Origin: Vicugna vicugna
Lineage: Eukaryota
NCBI GenBank assembly: GCA_013265495.1
Contig: MU057702.1
Span: forward strand, 1 to 36,644
Reading direction: 5' to 3'
Length of the DNA: 36,644 nt
Positions 1 through 14,700 of the stretch are shown here, piece after piece. The position numbers were made by a program, and so were the translations under genes. The notes below the pieces were generated by a model, which searched no databases, had not been told where the DNA came from, and saw nothing but the letters and a program-made list of their open reading frames with translations. Each line of letters starts with the position of its first letter. Position 1 is the first letter of the stretch.

Positions 1-1592
1 TCAATATTTTTTATTCTATATTCTATATTCTGTGTTCTACATTCTTTGTTCTAAACTCTATATTCAGTATTCTGTATTCTACATTCTAAATTCTGTGTTC
101 TGCATTCTCTGTTCTAAATTCTATATTCATTATTGTGTATTCAATATTCTAAATTCTGTGTTCTGCATTCCATGTTCTAAATTCTGGGTTCTGCATTCTG
201 TTTTCCATATTTTATATTCTGTGTTCTACATTCTATATTCTGTATAGTATATCTGCAATCCGTCTTCTATATTCTATATTCTGTGTTCTACATTCTATAT
301 TATTCTGTATTGTATATTCTAAATTCTGTGTTCTGCATTCCAAGTTCTAAATTCTGGGTTCTGTATTCTGTTTTCCATATTCTATATTCTGTGTTCTACA
401 TTCTATATTTTTTATTCTATATCTGCATTCTGTACTCTATATTCTATATTGTGTGTTCTACGTTCTATATTCTTAATTCTGTATTTATTATTCTGTATTC
501 TATATTCTAAATTCTATGTTCTGCATTCCATGTTCTAAAATCTGGGTTCTATATTCCCTATTCTATATTCTGTATTCTGTGTTCTACATTCTATATTATA
601 AATTATATATTCAGTATTCTGTATTCTATATTCTACATTCTGTGTTCTCAATTCTAAGTTCTATATTCTATATTCAGTATCCTGTATTCTGTATTCTATA
701 TTCTGAGTTCATCGTTCTATATTCTAAATTCTATATTAATAATTCTGTATTCTATATTCTAAATACTTTTTTCAGCATTTCATGTTCTAAATTCTGTGTT
801 CTATATTCTCCATTATATATTTTATATTGTGTGTTCTTCATTTTATTCTCTAGATACTATATTTTGCATACCGAATTCTATATTCTAAATTCTGAGTTAT
901 AATTCTAAATTCTAAACTCTATGTTCAGTATTGTATTTTGTATATAGTGAATTCCGTGTTCTGCATTCCATGTTGAATATTCCATTTACAGTATTCTATA
1001 TTCTGTATTCTAAATTCTGTGTTCTGCAATCTCTGTTCTAAATTCTATATTCAGTTTTCTGTATTATGTATTCTAAATTCTGTGTTTGCATTCCATGTTC
1101 TAAATTCTGGATTCTATATTTTCTATTCTATATTCAAAATTCTGTGTTCTACATTCTATATTCTAAATTCTATATTGAGTATTCTGTATTCTATAATCTA
1201 TATTCATTGTTCTGCATTCTCTGTTCTAAATTCTGTATTCATTATTCTGTATTCTATATTCTAAATTCTGTGTTCTGCGTTCCATTTTCTAAATTCTTGG
1301 TTCTGTATTCTGTTTTCCATATTCTATATTCTGTGTTCTACATTCTATTTTCTGTATACTATTCTGCATTCCGTGATCTATATTCTATATTCTGTGTTCT
1401 ACATTCTATGTTCTAAATTCTATATTCAGTATTCTGTAATCTATATTCTAAATGGTGTGTTCTGCATTCTATGTTCTAAACTCCATATTCATTATTCTGT
1501 ATTCTATATACTAAATTCTGTGTTCTGCATTACATTTTCTAAATTCTGGGTTCTGTATTCTGTATAACATATGATATATTTTGTGTTCTACA

Positions 1593-1909
1593 TTCTATAT
1601 TCTGTATTCTATATTCTACATTCCGTATTCTATATTCTATATTCTGTGTTCTACATTCTATATTCTAAGTTCTATATTCAGAATTCTGTATCCTATATTA
1701 TAAATTCTGTGTTCAGAATTCCATTTTCTAAACTCTGTGTTCTATATTCTGTATTCTATATTCTACATTCCGTATTCTATATTCTATATTCTGTGTTCTA
1801 CATTCTATATTCTAAGTTCTATATTCAGAATTCTGTATCCTATATTATAAATTCTGTGTTCAGAATTCCATTTTCTAAACTCTGTGTTCTATATTCTGTA
1901 TTCTATATT
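1593..1909 (+). repeat. Near-perfect tandem duplication, period 147 bp (21 heptamers), ~2.1 copies
   Basis: Marker GAATTCTGTATCCTATATTATAAA at 1681 and 1828; ORF 1571..1990 shows a 49-aa repeat. Confidence 0.9.
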
Positions 1910-2643
1910 GTATATTGTGTGTTCTTCATCCTATACTCTACATACTATATTTTGCATTCCGTATTCTATATTCCAAATTCTGTGTTCTAAATTCTCAGTT
2001 CTAAATTCTGTATTCAGTATTCTGTTTTCTATATTCAAATTCTGTGTTCTGCATTCCATGTTCTATATACTATTTTCCGTATACTATATTCTATATTCTA
2101 AATTCTGTGTTCTGAATTCTTGTTCTAAATTCTATATTCAGTATTCTGTATTATATATTCTAAATTCTGTGTTCTGCATTCTATCTTCTAAATTCTGGAT
2201 TCCATATTCTCTTCTCTATATTCTATATTCTGTGTAGTACATTCTATATTCTAAATTCTATACTCAGTATTCTGTTTGCTATACTCTAAGTTGTGTGTTC
2301 TGCATTCCATGTTCTAAATTCTGTATTCAGTATTCTGTATTCTATATACTAATTTCTCTGTACTGCATTCCAAGTTCTAAATTCTAAATCCAGAATTCTG
2401 TATTCTATATTCTAAATTCTGTGTTCAGCATTCCATTTCTAAATTAAGGGTTCTAAATTCTCTTATATATATTATATATTTTGTGTTCTTCATTCGATAT
2501 TCCAAATTCTATATTCTGCATTTCGTATTCCATATTGTATAATCTGTGTTCTATATTCTATATACTAAATTTTATATTCAGTATTCTGTATACTATATTC
2601 TAAATTCCTGTTCTGCATTCAATGTTCTAAATTCTGGATTCTC

Positions 2644-3365
2644 TATTCTCTAATCTATATTTTATATTCTGTGCTCTACATTCTATATTCTAAATTCTAT
2701 ATTCATTATTCTGTATTCTATATTCTAAATTCTGTGTTCTGCATTCCATGTGCCAAATTCTGGTTTTCTATATTCTCTAATCTATATTTTATATTCTGTG
2801 CTCTACATTCTATATTCTAAATTCTATATTCATTATTCTGTATTCTATATTCTAAATTCTGTGTTCTGCATTCCATGTGCCAAATTCTGGTTTTCTATAT
2901 TCTCTAATCTATATTTTATATTCTGTGCTCTACATTCTATATTCTAAATTCTATATTCATTATTCTGTATTCTATATTCTAAATTCTGTGTTCTGCATTC
3001 CATGTGCCAAATTCTGGTTTTCTATATTCTCTAATCTATATTTTATATTCTGTGCTCTACATTCTATATTCTAAATTCTATATTCATTATTCTGTATTCT
3101 ATATTCTAAATTCTGTGTTCTGCATTCCATGTGCCAAATTCTGGTTTTCTATATTCTCTAATCTATATTTTATATTCTGTGCTCTACATTCTATATTCTA
3201 AATTCTATATTCATTATTCTGTATTCTATATTCTAAATTCTGTGTTCTGCATTCCATGTGCCAAATTCTGGTTTTCTATATTCTCTAATCTATATTTTAT
3301 ATTCTGTGCTCTACATTCTATATTCTAAATTCTATATTCATTATTCTGTATTCTATATTCTAAAT
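2644..3365 (+). repeat. Perfect tandem array, period 127 bp (18 heptamers + 1 nt), ~5.7 copies
   Basis: The same ORF start recurs at 2750, 2877, 3004, 3131 and 3258; the private marker CCATGTGCCAAATTCTGGTTTTC is present in each copy. Confidence 0.95.
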
Positions 3366-5966
3366 ACTGTTTTCAGCATTCCTAGTTCTAAATTCTGTGT
3401 TCTATATACTCTATTCCATATTTTATATAGTGTGTTCTTCATTTTATACGCTACATAATATATTTTGCATTCCGAATTCTATATTGTAAATTCTGAGTTA
3501 TAATTCTAAATTCTAAACTCTATATTCAGTATTTTGTTTTCTATATTCTGAATTCCGTGTTCTGCTTTCCATGTTCAATATTCTATTTTCAGTATTCTAT
3601 ATTCTGTATTCTAAATTATGTGTTCTGCAATCTATGTTCTAAATTCTATATTCAGCATTCTGTATTATGTATTCTAAATTCTGTGTTTGCATTCCATGTT
3701 CTAAATTCTGGATTCTATATTTTTATTCTATATTCTAAATTCTGTGTTCTACATTCTATATTCTATATTCTATATTCAGTATCCTGTATTCCAATTCTCT
3801 AACTTCTGTGTTCTGCATTCAAATTTCTAAATTCTGTGTTCTACATTCTCTATGCTATGTTTTATATTCTGTGTTCTACATTCTATTTTCTAAATTATAT
3901 ATTCAGTATTCTGTATTCTATATTCTAAATCCTGTGTTCTGCTTTCCAAGTTCTAAATTCTTTATTCAGTGTTCTGTTCCTATATTCTATATTCTGTGTT
4001 CGACATTCTATATTCTAAATTCTATATTCATAATTCTGTATTCAATATTCTATACTCTGTGTTCAGCAATCCATTTTCTAAATTCTGTGTTCTATATGCT
4101 CTATTGTATATTCTATATTGTGTGTTCTTCATTTAACACACTACATACTATATTTTGCATTCCACATTCTATATTCTAAATTCTGAGTTATAATTCTAAA
4201 TTCTAAACACTATATTCTGTATTCTGTTTTCTATATTAAATAATTCTGTGTTCGGCATTCTATGTTCTGAATTCTATACTCAGTATTCTGTAGTATATAT
4301 TCTAAATACTGTGTTCTGCATTCCATGTTCTAAATTTTGGATTCTGTATTCTGTTTTCCATATTCTATATTCTGTATACTACATTCCATATTCTGTATTC
4401 TATATTCTGCATTCCATATTCTATATTCTTTTTTCTGTGTTCTACATTCTATATTCTATATTTTTATTCAGTATTTTGTGTCCTATATTCTAAATTCTGT
4501 GTTCTGCATTCCAAGTTCTAAATTCTGGGTTCTATATTCTTTTTTCCATATTATATATACAGTTGTACATTCTATATTTACTATTCTATATCTGAATTCC
4601 GTATTCTATATTATATATTCTGTGTTCTACTTTCTATATTCTAAATTCTATAGTCATTTTTCTGTGTTGTATATTCTAAATTCTGTGTTCTGCATTCCAT
4701 GTTCTAAATTCTGGCTTCTATATTCTCTATTGTCTATTCTATATTCTGTGTTCTACATTCTATACTTTAAACTATAAATTTTCCGTATTCTATATTCTAT
4801 ATTCTAAATTCTGTGTTCTGAATCCTTGTTCTAAATTCTATATTAAGTATTCTGTATTATATACTCTTAATTCTGTGTTCTGCATTCTATGTTCTAAATT
4901 CTGGATTCCATATTCTCTATTCTCTATTCTATATTCAGTGTAGTACATTTTATATTCTAAATTCTATACTCAGTATTTATATGCTATAGTCTAAATTGTG
5001 TGTTCTACATTCCATGTTCTAAATTCTGTATTCAGTATTCTGTATTCTATATACTAAATTCTGTGTACTGCATTCCATGTTCTAAATTTTATATTCAGTA
5101 TTCTGTATTCTATATTCTAAATTCTGTTTTCTGCATTCCAATTCTTAATAATTTAATCAGTATTATGTATTTTATATTCTATATTCTGTGTTCTACATTC
5201 CATATTCTAAATCCTATATTCAGTATTTTGTATTCTATATTCTACATTCTGTGTTCTGCTTTCCAAGTTCTAAATTCTGGGTTCTGTATTCTGTTTTCCA
5301 TATTCTATATTCTGTGTTCTACATTCTATATTTTGTATTCTATATCTGCATTCCTTATTCTATATTCTATATTCTGTGTTCTACGTTCTATATTCTAAAT
5401 TCTGTATTCAGTATTCTATATTCTATATTCTAAATTCTGTGTGCTGCATTCCATGTTCTAAATTCTGGGTTCTATATTCTCTATTCTATATTCTATATTC
5501 TGTGTTCTACATTCTATACTATAAATTATATATTCAGTATTCTGTATTCTATATTCTAAATTCTGTGTTCTGAATTCCATGTTCTAAATTCTGGGTTCTA
5601 TATTGTGTATTCAATATTCTATATTCTGTGTTCGACATTCTATATTCTAAATTCTATATTCAGTATTCTGTATTCTACATTCTAAATTCTGTGTTCTGCA
5701 TTCTATGTTCTAAATTCTATATTCATTATTCTGTATTCTATATTCTAAATTCTGTGTTCTGCATTCTATCTTCTAAATTCTATATTCATAATTCTGTATT
5801 CTGTATTCTATATTCTGTGTTCAGTATTCCATGTTCTAAATTCTGTGTTCTATATTCTATATTCTATATTCTATATTGTGTTTTTTTAATTTTATATTCT
5901 ACATGCTATATTTTGCATTCCGTATTCTACATACTATATTCTGAGTTATAATTCTAAATTCTTAAC

Positions 5967-6284
5967 TCTATATTCAGTATTCTGTATTCTATATTCTAAA
6001 TTCTATATTCAGTATTCTGTATTCTATATTCTAAATTCTATATTCAGTATTCTGTATTCTATATTCTAAATTCTATATTCAGTATTCTGTATTCTATATT
6101 CTAAATTCTATATTCAGTATTCTGTATTCTATATTCTAAATTCTATATTCAGTATTCTGTATTCTATATTCTAAATTCTATATTCAGTATTCTGTATTCT
6201 ATATTCTAAATTCTATATTCAGTATTCTGTATTCTATATTCTAAATTCTATATTCAGTATTCTGTATTCTATATTCTAAATTCT
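5967..6284 (+). repeat. Perfect tandem array, period 35 bp (TTCTATA TTCAGTA TTCTGTA TTCTATA TTCTAAA), ~9 copies
   Basis: Eight exact copies span 6001-6280, plus one copy ending at 6000. Confidence 0.95.
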
Positions 6285-6859
6285 GTGTTCAGCATTCCAT
6301 TTTCAAAATTCTGTGTTCTATATACTCTATTCTTTATTCTATACAGTGTGTTCTTCATTTTAGAATCTACATACTATATTTCGCATTCCGTAATCTATAT
6401 TCTAAATTCTGAGTTATAATTCTAAATTCTAAACTCTATATTCAGTATTCTATTTTATATATTCTAAGTTCTGTGTCCTGCATTCTATGTTCTAAATTCT
6501 ATATTCAGTATTCTGTTTTATAATCTAAATTGTGTGTTTGCATTCCATGATCTAAATTCTGGAATCTATATTTTCTATACTATATTTTATATTCTGTGTT
6601 CTATATTCTATATTTTAAATTCTTTATTCAGTATTCTGTATTCTATAGTCTAAATTCTTTGTTCTGCATTCCATGTTCTAAATTCTGGGTTCTGTATTCT
6701 GTTTCCCATATTCTAAATTCTGTGTTCTACATTCTATATTCTGTATACCATATTCTTCATTCCGTGTTCTATATTATATATTCTGTGTTCTACATTCTAT
6801 ATTCAGTATTCTGTATTCAATATTCTAAATTCTGGGTTCTGCATTCCATGTTCTAAATT

Positions 6860-6874
6860 NNNNNNNNNNNNNNN
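6860..6874. other. Assembly gap (15 N)
   Basis: Run of N. Confidence 0.99.
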
Positions 6875-7204
6875 GGTTTCTATATATTCTATATACTATA
6901 TTCTTTGTTCTACATTCTATATTATAAAATATATATTCAGTATTCTGTATTCTAGATTCTAAATTCTGTGTTCTGCATTGAATATTCTGTATTCTAGCTT
7001 CTGCATTCCGTATTCTATATTCTATATCCTGTGTTCTACTTTCTATATTCTAAATTCTAAATCCAGAATTCTGTATTCTGTATTCTAAATTCTGTGTTCT
7101 GCATTCCATATTCTATATTCTGGGTTCTATATTCTCTACTATATACTATATTTTGTGTTTTTCATTCTATATTCTACATACTATATTCTGCATTCCGTAT
7201 TCTA

Positions 7205-7478
7205 TATTCTATATTCTGTGTTCTACATTCTATATTATAAATTAAATATTCAGTATTCTGTATTCTATATACTAAATAATGCGTTCTACATTCCAAGTTC
7301 TATATAATATATAAAGTATCCTGATTTCTGTATTCTATATTCTGTGTTCTACATTCTATATTATAAATTAAATATTCAGTATTCTGTATTCTATATACTA
7401 AATAATGCGTTCTACATTCCAAGTTCTATATAATATATAAAGTATCCTGATTTCTGTATTCTATATTCTGTGTTCTAC
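7205..7478 (+). repeat. Tandem duplication, period 126 bp (2 x 63)
   Basis: The GCG of marker AATAATGCGTTC lies at 7281 and 7407; ATTAAATATT at 7241 and 7367. Confidence 0.9.
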
Positions 7479-9525
7479 GTTCTATATTCTAAATTCTATA
7501 TTCATAATTCTGTATTCTATATTCTAAATTATGATTTCAGCATTCCATGATCTATGTTATGTGTTCTATATACTCAAATCTCTATTCTATATTGTGTGTT
7601 CTTCATTTTATAGTCTACATACTATATTTTGCATTCCGTATTCTATAGGCTATATTCTGAGTCATAATTCTAAATTCTAAAATCTATATTCAGAATTCTG
7701 TTTTCTATATTCTTAATTCTGTGTTCGGCATTCTATATTCTAAATTGTATATTCAGTACTCTGTATTCTACATTCTAAATTCTGTGTTCAGCATTCCTAC
7801 TTCTAAATTATTTATTCACTACTCTGTATTCTTTATTCTATATTCTGTGTTCGACATTCTATATTCTAAATTCTATATTCATTATTCTGTATTCTACATT
7901 GTAAATTCTGTGTTCTGCATTCTATGATTTAAATTCTATATTCATTATTCTGTATTCTATATTCTAAATTCTGTGTTCTGCATTCTATATTCTAAATTCT
8001 ATATTCATAGTTCTTTATTCTATATTCTAAATTCTGTGTTCACATTCCATCTTCTAAATTCTGCGTTCTATATTCTCTATTCTAAATTCTATATTGTGTG
8101 TTCTTCATTTTATACTCTACATACTATATTTTGCATTCCGTATTCTATATTCTAAATTCTGAGTTATAATTCTAAATTCTAAACTCTATATTCAGTATTC
8201 TGTTTTCTATGTTCTAACTTCTGTGTTCGGCATTCTATGTTCTAAATTCTATATTGTGTATTCTTTATTATATATTCTAAATTCTGTGTTTGCATTCCAT
8301 ATTCTAAATTCTGGATTCTATTTTTTCTATTCTATATTCTATATTCTGTTTTCTACATTCTATATTCTAAATTCTATATTCAGTATACTGTATTCTATAG
8401 TCTAAATTCTGTGTTGTGCATTCCATGTTCTAAATTTTGGATTCTGTATTCTGTATTCCATATTCTATATTCTGTGTTCTACATTTTATATTCTGTATTC
8501 TATATTCTGCATTCCGTATTCTATATTCTATATTCTGTGTTCTATATTCTATATTCTAAATCCTTTATTCAGTAATTTGTATTCTATATTCTAAATTCTG
8601 TGTTCTGCATTCCATGTTCTAAATTCTTGATTCTATATTCTCTTTTATATATTCTGTATTCTGTTTTCTACATTCTATATTTTTTATTCTATATCTGCAT
8701 TCCGTATTCTATACTCTGTTTTCTACATTCTATAATATAAATTATATATTTTGTATTCTGTATACTATATTCTAAATTCTCTGTTCGGCATTCCATTTTC
8801 TAAATTCTTTATTCAGTGTTCAGTATTCTATATTCTATATTCTGTGTTCGACATTCTGTATTCTACATTCTATACTCAGGTTTCTGTATTCTACATTCTA
8901 AATTCTGAGTTCTGCATTCTACGTTCTAAATTCTATATTCATTATTACTATATTCATTGTATTCAATATTCTAAATTCTGTGTTCGGCATTCTATATTCT
9001 AAATTCTATATTCAGTATTCTGTATTATATATTAAAAATTCTGTGTTCAGCCTTCCATGTTCTAAATTCTTTGTTCTATATTCTCTATTCTCTATTCTAT
9101 ATTGTGTGTTCTTCCTTTTATACTCTACATACAATATTTTGCATTCCGTATTCTATATTCTATATTCTGAGTCATAAATCTAAATTCTAAACTCTATATT
9201 CAGAATTCTGTTTTCTATATTCTAAATTCTGTGTTCGGCATTCTATGTTCTAAATTCTATATTCAGTGTTATTTATAATATATTCTAAATTCTGTGTTTG
9301 CATTCCATGTTTTAAATTCTGGATTCTATTTTTTCTATTCTATATTCTATATTCTGTGTTCTACAGTCTATATTCTAAATTCTATATTCAGTATTCTGTA
9401 TTCTATAGTCTAAATTCTTTGTTTTGCATTCCATGTTCTAAATTTTGGATTGTGTATTCTTTTTTCCATATTCTACATTCTGTGTTCTACATTCTATATT
9501 CTGTATACTATATTCTGCATTCCGT

Positions 9526-9569
9526 NNNNNNNNNNNNNNNNNNNNNNNNNNNNNNNNNNNNNNNNNNNN
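9526..9569. other. Assembly gap (44 N)
   Basis: Run of N. Confidence 0.99.
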
Positions 9570-10480
9570 TCTATATTCTCTACAATCTATATTCTAAATC
9601 CTATATTCAGTAATTTGTATTCTATATTCTAAATTCTGTGTTCTGCCTTCCATGTTCTAAATTCTGGGTTCTTTATTCTATAATCTATATTCTATATTCT
9701 GTGTTCTACATTCTAAAATTTAAATTATATATTTAGTATTCTATATTCTATATTCTAAATTCTCTGTTCTGCATTCCACGTTCTAAATTCTTTATTCAGT
9801 ATTCAGTATTCTGTATTCTATATACTGTTTTAGACATTCTATATTCTAAATTCTATATTCAAAATTCTGTATTCTACATTCTTAATTCTGGGTTCTGCAT
9901 TCTATATTCTAAATTCTATATTCAGTATTTTGTATTCTATATTTTAAATTCTGTGTTCTGAATTCCAAGTTCTAAATTCTGGTATCTGTATTCTGTTTTC
10001 CATATTCTATATTCTGTATTCTACATTCTATATTTTGTATTCTATAACTGCATTCCGTATTCTATATTCTATATTCTGTGTTCTACGTTCTATATTCTAA
10101 ATTCTGTATTCAGTATTCTGTATTCTATATTCTAAATTCATTGTTCTGCATTCCATGTTCTAAATTCTGGGTTCTATATTCTCTATTCTATATCCTATAT
10201 TCTGCGTTCTACATGCTATATTATAAATTATATATTCAGTATTCTGTATTCTATATTCTAAATTCGGTGTTCTGCATTCCAAGTTCTATATTCTATATTC
10301 AGTATCCTGTATTCTGTATCCTATATTCTGTGTCCTTCGTTCTATATTCTAAATTCTATATTAATAATTCTGTTTTGTATACTCTAAATACTGTTTTCAG
10401 CATTCCATGTTCTAAATTCTGTGTTCTATATTCTCTATTCTCTATTCTATATTGTGTGTTCTTCATTTTATACTCTACAT

Positions 10481-10501
10481 NNNNNNNNNNNNNNNNNNNN
10501 N
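10481..10501. other. Assembly gap (21 N)
   Basis: Run of N. Confidence 0.99.
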
Positions 10502-11799
10502 CTATATTTTGCATTCCGTATTCTATATTCTAAATTCTGAGTTATAATTCTAAATTTTAAACTCTATATTCAGTATTCTGTTTTGTATATTTTATATTCT
10601 GTGTTCTGCATTCCATGTTCTAAATTCTGGGTTTTATATTCCCTATTCTCTATTCTACATTCTGTGTTGTATATTCTATATTATAAATTCTATATTCAGT
10701 ATTCTGTATTCTATAGTCTAAATACTGTGTTCTGCATTCCATGTTCTAAATTTTGGATTCTGTATTCTTTTTCCCATATTCTATATTCTGTGTTCTACAT
10801 TCTATTTTCTGTATCCTATATTCTGAATTCCGTATTCTATATTCTATATTCTGTGTTCTACATTCTATATTCTAAATTTTATATTCAGTAATTTGTATTC
10901 TATATTCTAAATACTGTGTTCTGCATTCCATGTTCTAAATTTTGGGTTCTATATTCTCTATTATATATTCTGTATTCTGATTTCTACATTCTATATTTTG
11001 ATTATATATCTGCTTTCCTTATTCTATATTCTATATTCTGTGTTCTACGTACTATATTCTAAATTCTGTATTCAGTATTTTGTATTTTATATTCTAAATT
11101 CGGGGTTCTGCATTCCATGTTCTAAGTTCTGTGTTCTTTATTCTCTATTCTCTATTCTATATTCTGTGTTTTACATTCAATAATATAAATTATATATTTA
11201 GTATTCTGTATTCTATATTCTAGATTCTCTGTTCTGCATTCCAAGTTCTAAATGCTTTATTCAGTATTCAGTATCCTATATTCTATATGCTGTGTTCGTC
11301 ATTCTATATTCTAAATTCTATATTCAGTATTCTTTATTCTACATTCTAAATTCTGAATTCTGCATTCTACATTCTAAATTCTATATTCAATTTTGTGTAT
11401 TCTATATTATAAATTCTGTGTTTGGCATTCTATATTCTAAATTCTATATTCAGTATTCTGTATTCTACATTCAAAATTCTATGTTCAGACTTCCATGTTC
11501 CAAATTCTGTGTTCTATATTCTTTATTCTATATTCTATATTGTGTGTTATCCATTTTATACTCTACATACTATATTTTGCATTCCATATTGTTTATCAAA
11601 ATTCTTACTTATAATTCTAAATTCTAAACACTATATTCAGTATTCTGTATTCTATATTCTAAATTCTGTATTCTGCATTCTATGTTCTAAATTCTATATT
11701 CAGTATACTGTATTATATATTCTAAATACTGTGTTTGCATTCAATGTTCTTAATTCTGGATCCTATATTTTCTATTCAATATTCTATATTCTGTGTTCT

Positions 11800-14700
11800 A
11801 CAATCTATATTCTAAATTCTATATTCAGTATTTTGTATTCTATATTCTACATTCTGTGTTCTGCATTCCGCTTCTAAATTCTGGGTTCTGTATTCTGTTT
11901 CCATATTCTATATTCTGTGTTCTACATTCTATATTCTGTATACTATATTCTGAATTCCGTGATCTATATTCTATATTCTGTGTTCTACATTCTATATTCT
12001 ATATACTATATTCTGAATTCCGTGATCTATATTCTATATTCTGTGTTCTACATTCTATGTTCTAAACTGTATATTCAGTATTCGGTATTCTATATTGTAA
12101 ATTCTGTGTTCTGCATTCCATGTTCTAAATTCTTTATTCAGTATTCAGTATTCTATATTCTATATTCTGTGTTCGACATACTATATTCTAAATTCTATAC
12201 TCAGAGTTCTGTATTCTACATTCTAAATTCTGATTTCTGCATTCTACGTTCTAAATTCTATATTCATTATTCTGTATTCTATATTAAAAATTCTGTGTTC
12301 AGAATTCCATGTTCTAAATTATGTGTTCTATATATTCTATTCTCTATTCTATATTGTGTATTCTTCATTTTATTCTCTACATACTATATTTTGCATTCCA
12401 TATTCTATATTCTAAATTCTGAGTTATTATTCTAAATTCTAAACTCGATATTCAGTATTCTGTTTTCTATATTCTAAATTCTGTTTTCTGCGTTCTATAT
12501 TCTTAATTCTATATTCAGTATACTGTATTATATATTCTAAATTCTGTGTTTGCATTCCATGTTCTAAATTCTGGATTCTATATTTTCTATTCAATATTCT
12601 GTACTCTGTGTTCTACAATCTATATTCTAAATTCTATCTTCAGTATTCTTTACTCTACATTCTAAATTCTGTGTTCTGCATACTGTGTTCCAAATTCTAT
12701 ATTCATTATTCTGTATTCTATATTATAAATTCTGTGTTCTACATTCTATATTATAAATTATATATTCAGTATTCTGTATTCTATATTCTAAATTCTGTGT
12801 TCGGCATTCTATATTCTGAATAATATTCTGAATATTCAGTATTCTGTATTCTATATTAAAAATTCTGTGTTCAGCCTTCCATGTTCTAAATTCTGTGTTC
12901 TCTATTCTCTATTCTATATTCTATATTGTGTATTCTTCATTTAATTCTCTACATACTATATTTTGCATTCCATATTCTATATTCTAAATTCTGAGTTATA
13001 ATTCTAAATTCTAATCTCGATATTCAGTATTCTATTTTCTATATTCTAAATTCTGTATTCTGCGTTCTATGATCTTCATTCTATATTCAGTATACTGTAT
13101 TATATATTCTAAATTCTGTGTTTGCATTCCATGTTCTAAATTCTGGATTCTATATTTTCTATTCAATATTATGTATTCTGTGTTCTACAATCTATATTCT
13201 AAATACTATCTTCAGTGTACTTTATTCTACATTCTAAATTCTGTGTTCTGCATTCCAAGTTCTAAATTCTTTATTCTGTACTCTGTATTCTATATTCTAT
13301 ATTCTGTGTTCGACATTCTATATTATAAATTATATATTCAGTATTCTGTGTTCTACGTTCTAAATTCTGTGTTCTACATTCTATGTTCTAAATTCTATAT
13401 TCATTATTTTGTACTCTATATTCTAAATTCTGTGTTCTGCATTCTATATTCTAAATTCTATACTCATAATTATGTATTCTATATTCTTAATTATGTGTTC
13501 AGCTTTCCATTTTCTAAATTCTGTGTTCTATATTCTCAATTCTATATTCTATATTGTGTGTTCTTCATTTTATTCTCTACATAGTATATTTTGCATTTCC
13601 TATTCAATATTCTAAATTCTGAGGTATAATTCTAAATTCTAAGTTCTAAATTCAGTATTCTGTTTTCTATATTCTAAATTCTGTGTTCGGCATTCTATTT
13701 TCTAAATTCTATATTCAGTATTCTGTATTATATATTCTAAATACTGTGTTTGCTTTCCATGTTGTAAATTCTGGATTCTATATTTTCTATTCTATATTCT
13801 ATATCTGTGTTCTACATTCTATATTCTAAATTCTATATTCAGTATTTTGTGTTCTATATTCTACATTCTGTATTCTGCATTCCAACATCTAAATTCTGGG
13901 TTCTGTATTCTGTTTCCATATTCTATATTCTGTGTTCTAATTTCTATATTCTGTATACTATATTCTGAATTCCGTGATCTATATTCTATATTCTGTGTTC
14001 TACATTCTATATTCTGTATACTATATCCTGAATTCCGTGATCTATATTGTATATTCTGAGTTCTACATTCTATGTTCTAAACTGTATATTCAGTATTCTG
14101 TATTCTATATTCTAAATTCTCTGTTCTGCATTCCATGTTCTAAATTCTTTATACAGTATTCAGTATTCTATATTCTATATTCTGTGTTCGACATTCTATA
14201 TTTTAAATTCTATACTCAGAGTTCTGTATTCTACATTCTAAATTCTGAGTTCTGCATTCTACTTTCTATATTCTATATTCATTATTCTATATTCTATATT
14301 CTAAATTCTGTGTTCGGCATTCTATATTCTAAATTCTATATTCAGTATTCTGTATTCTATATTAAAAATTCTGTGTGCAGCCTTCCATGTTCTAAATTCT
14401 GTGTTCTTTATTCTCTATTCTCTATTCTATATTGTGTATTCTTCATTTTGTTCTCTACATACTATATTTTGCATTCCATATACTATATTCTAAATTCTGA
14501 GTTATAATTCTAAATTCTAAACTCGATATTCAGTATTCTGTTTTCTATATTCTAAATTCTGTATTCTGCGTTCTATGTTCTTAATTCTATATTCAGTATA
14601 CTGTATTATATATTCTAAATTCTGTGTTTGCATTCCATGTTCTAAATTCTGGATTCTATATTTTCTATTCAATATTCTGTACTCTGTGTTCTACAATCTA

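Noticed and set aside
2644..6284. CRISPR-like appearance of the 35-, 63- and 127-bp periodicities
   Set aside because: There are no unique spacers, the units are head-to-tail, and there is no leader or cas gene.
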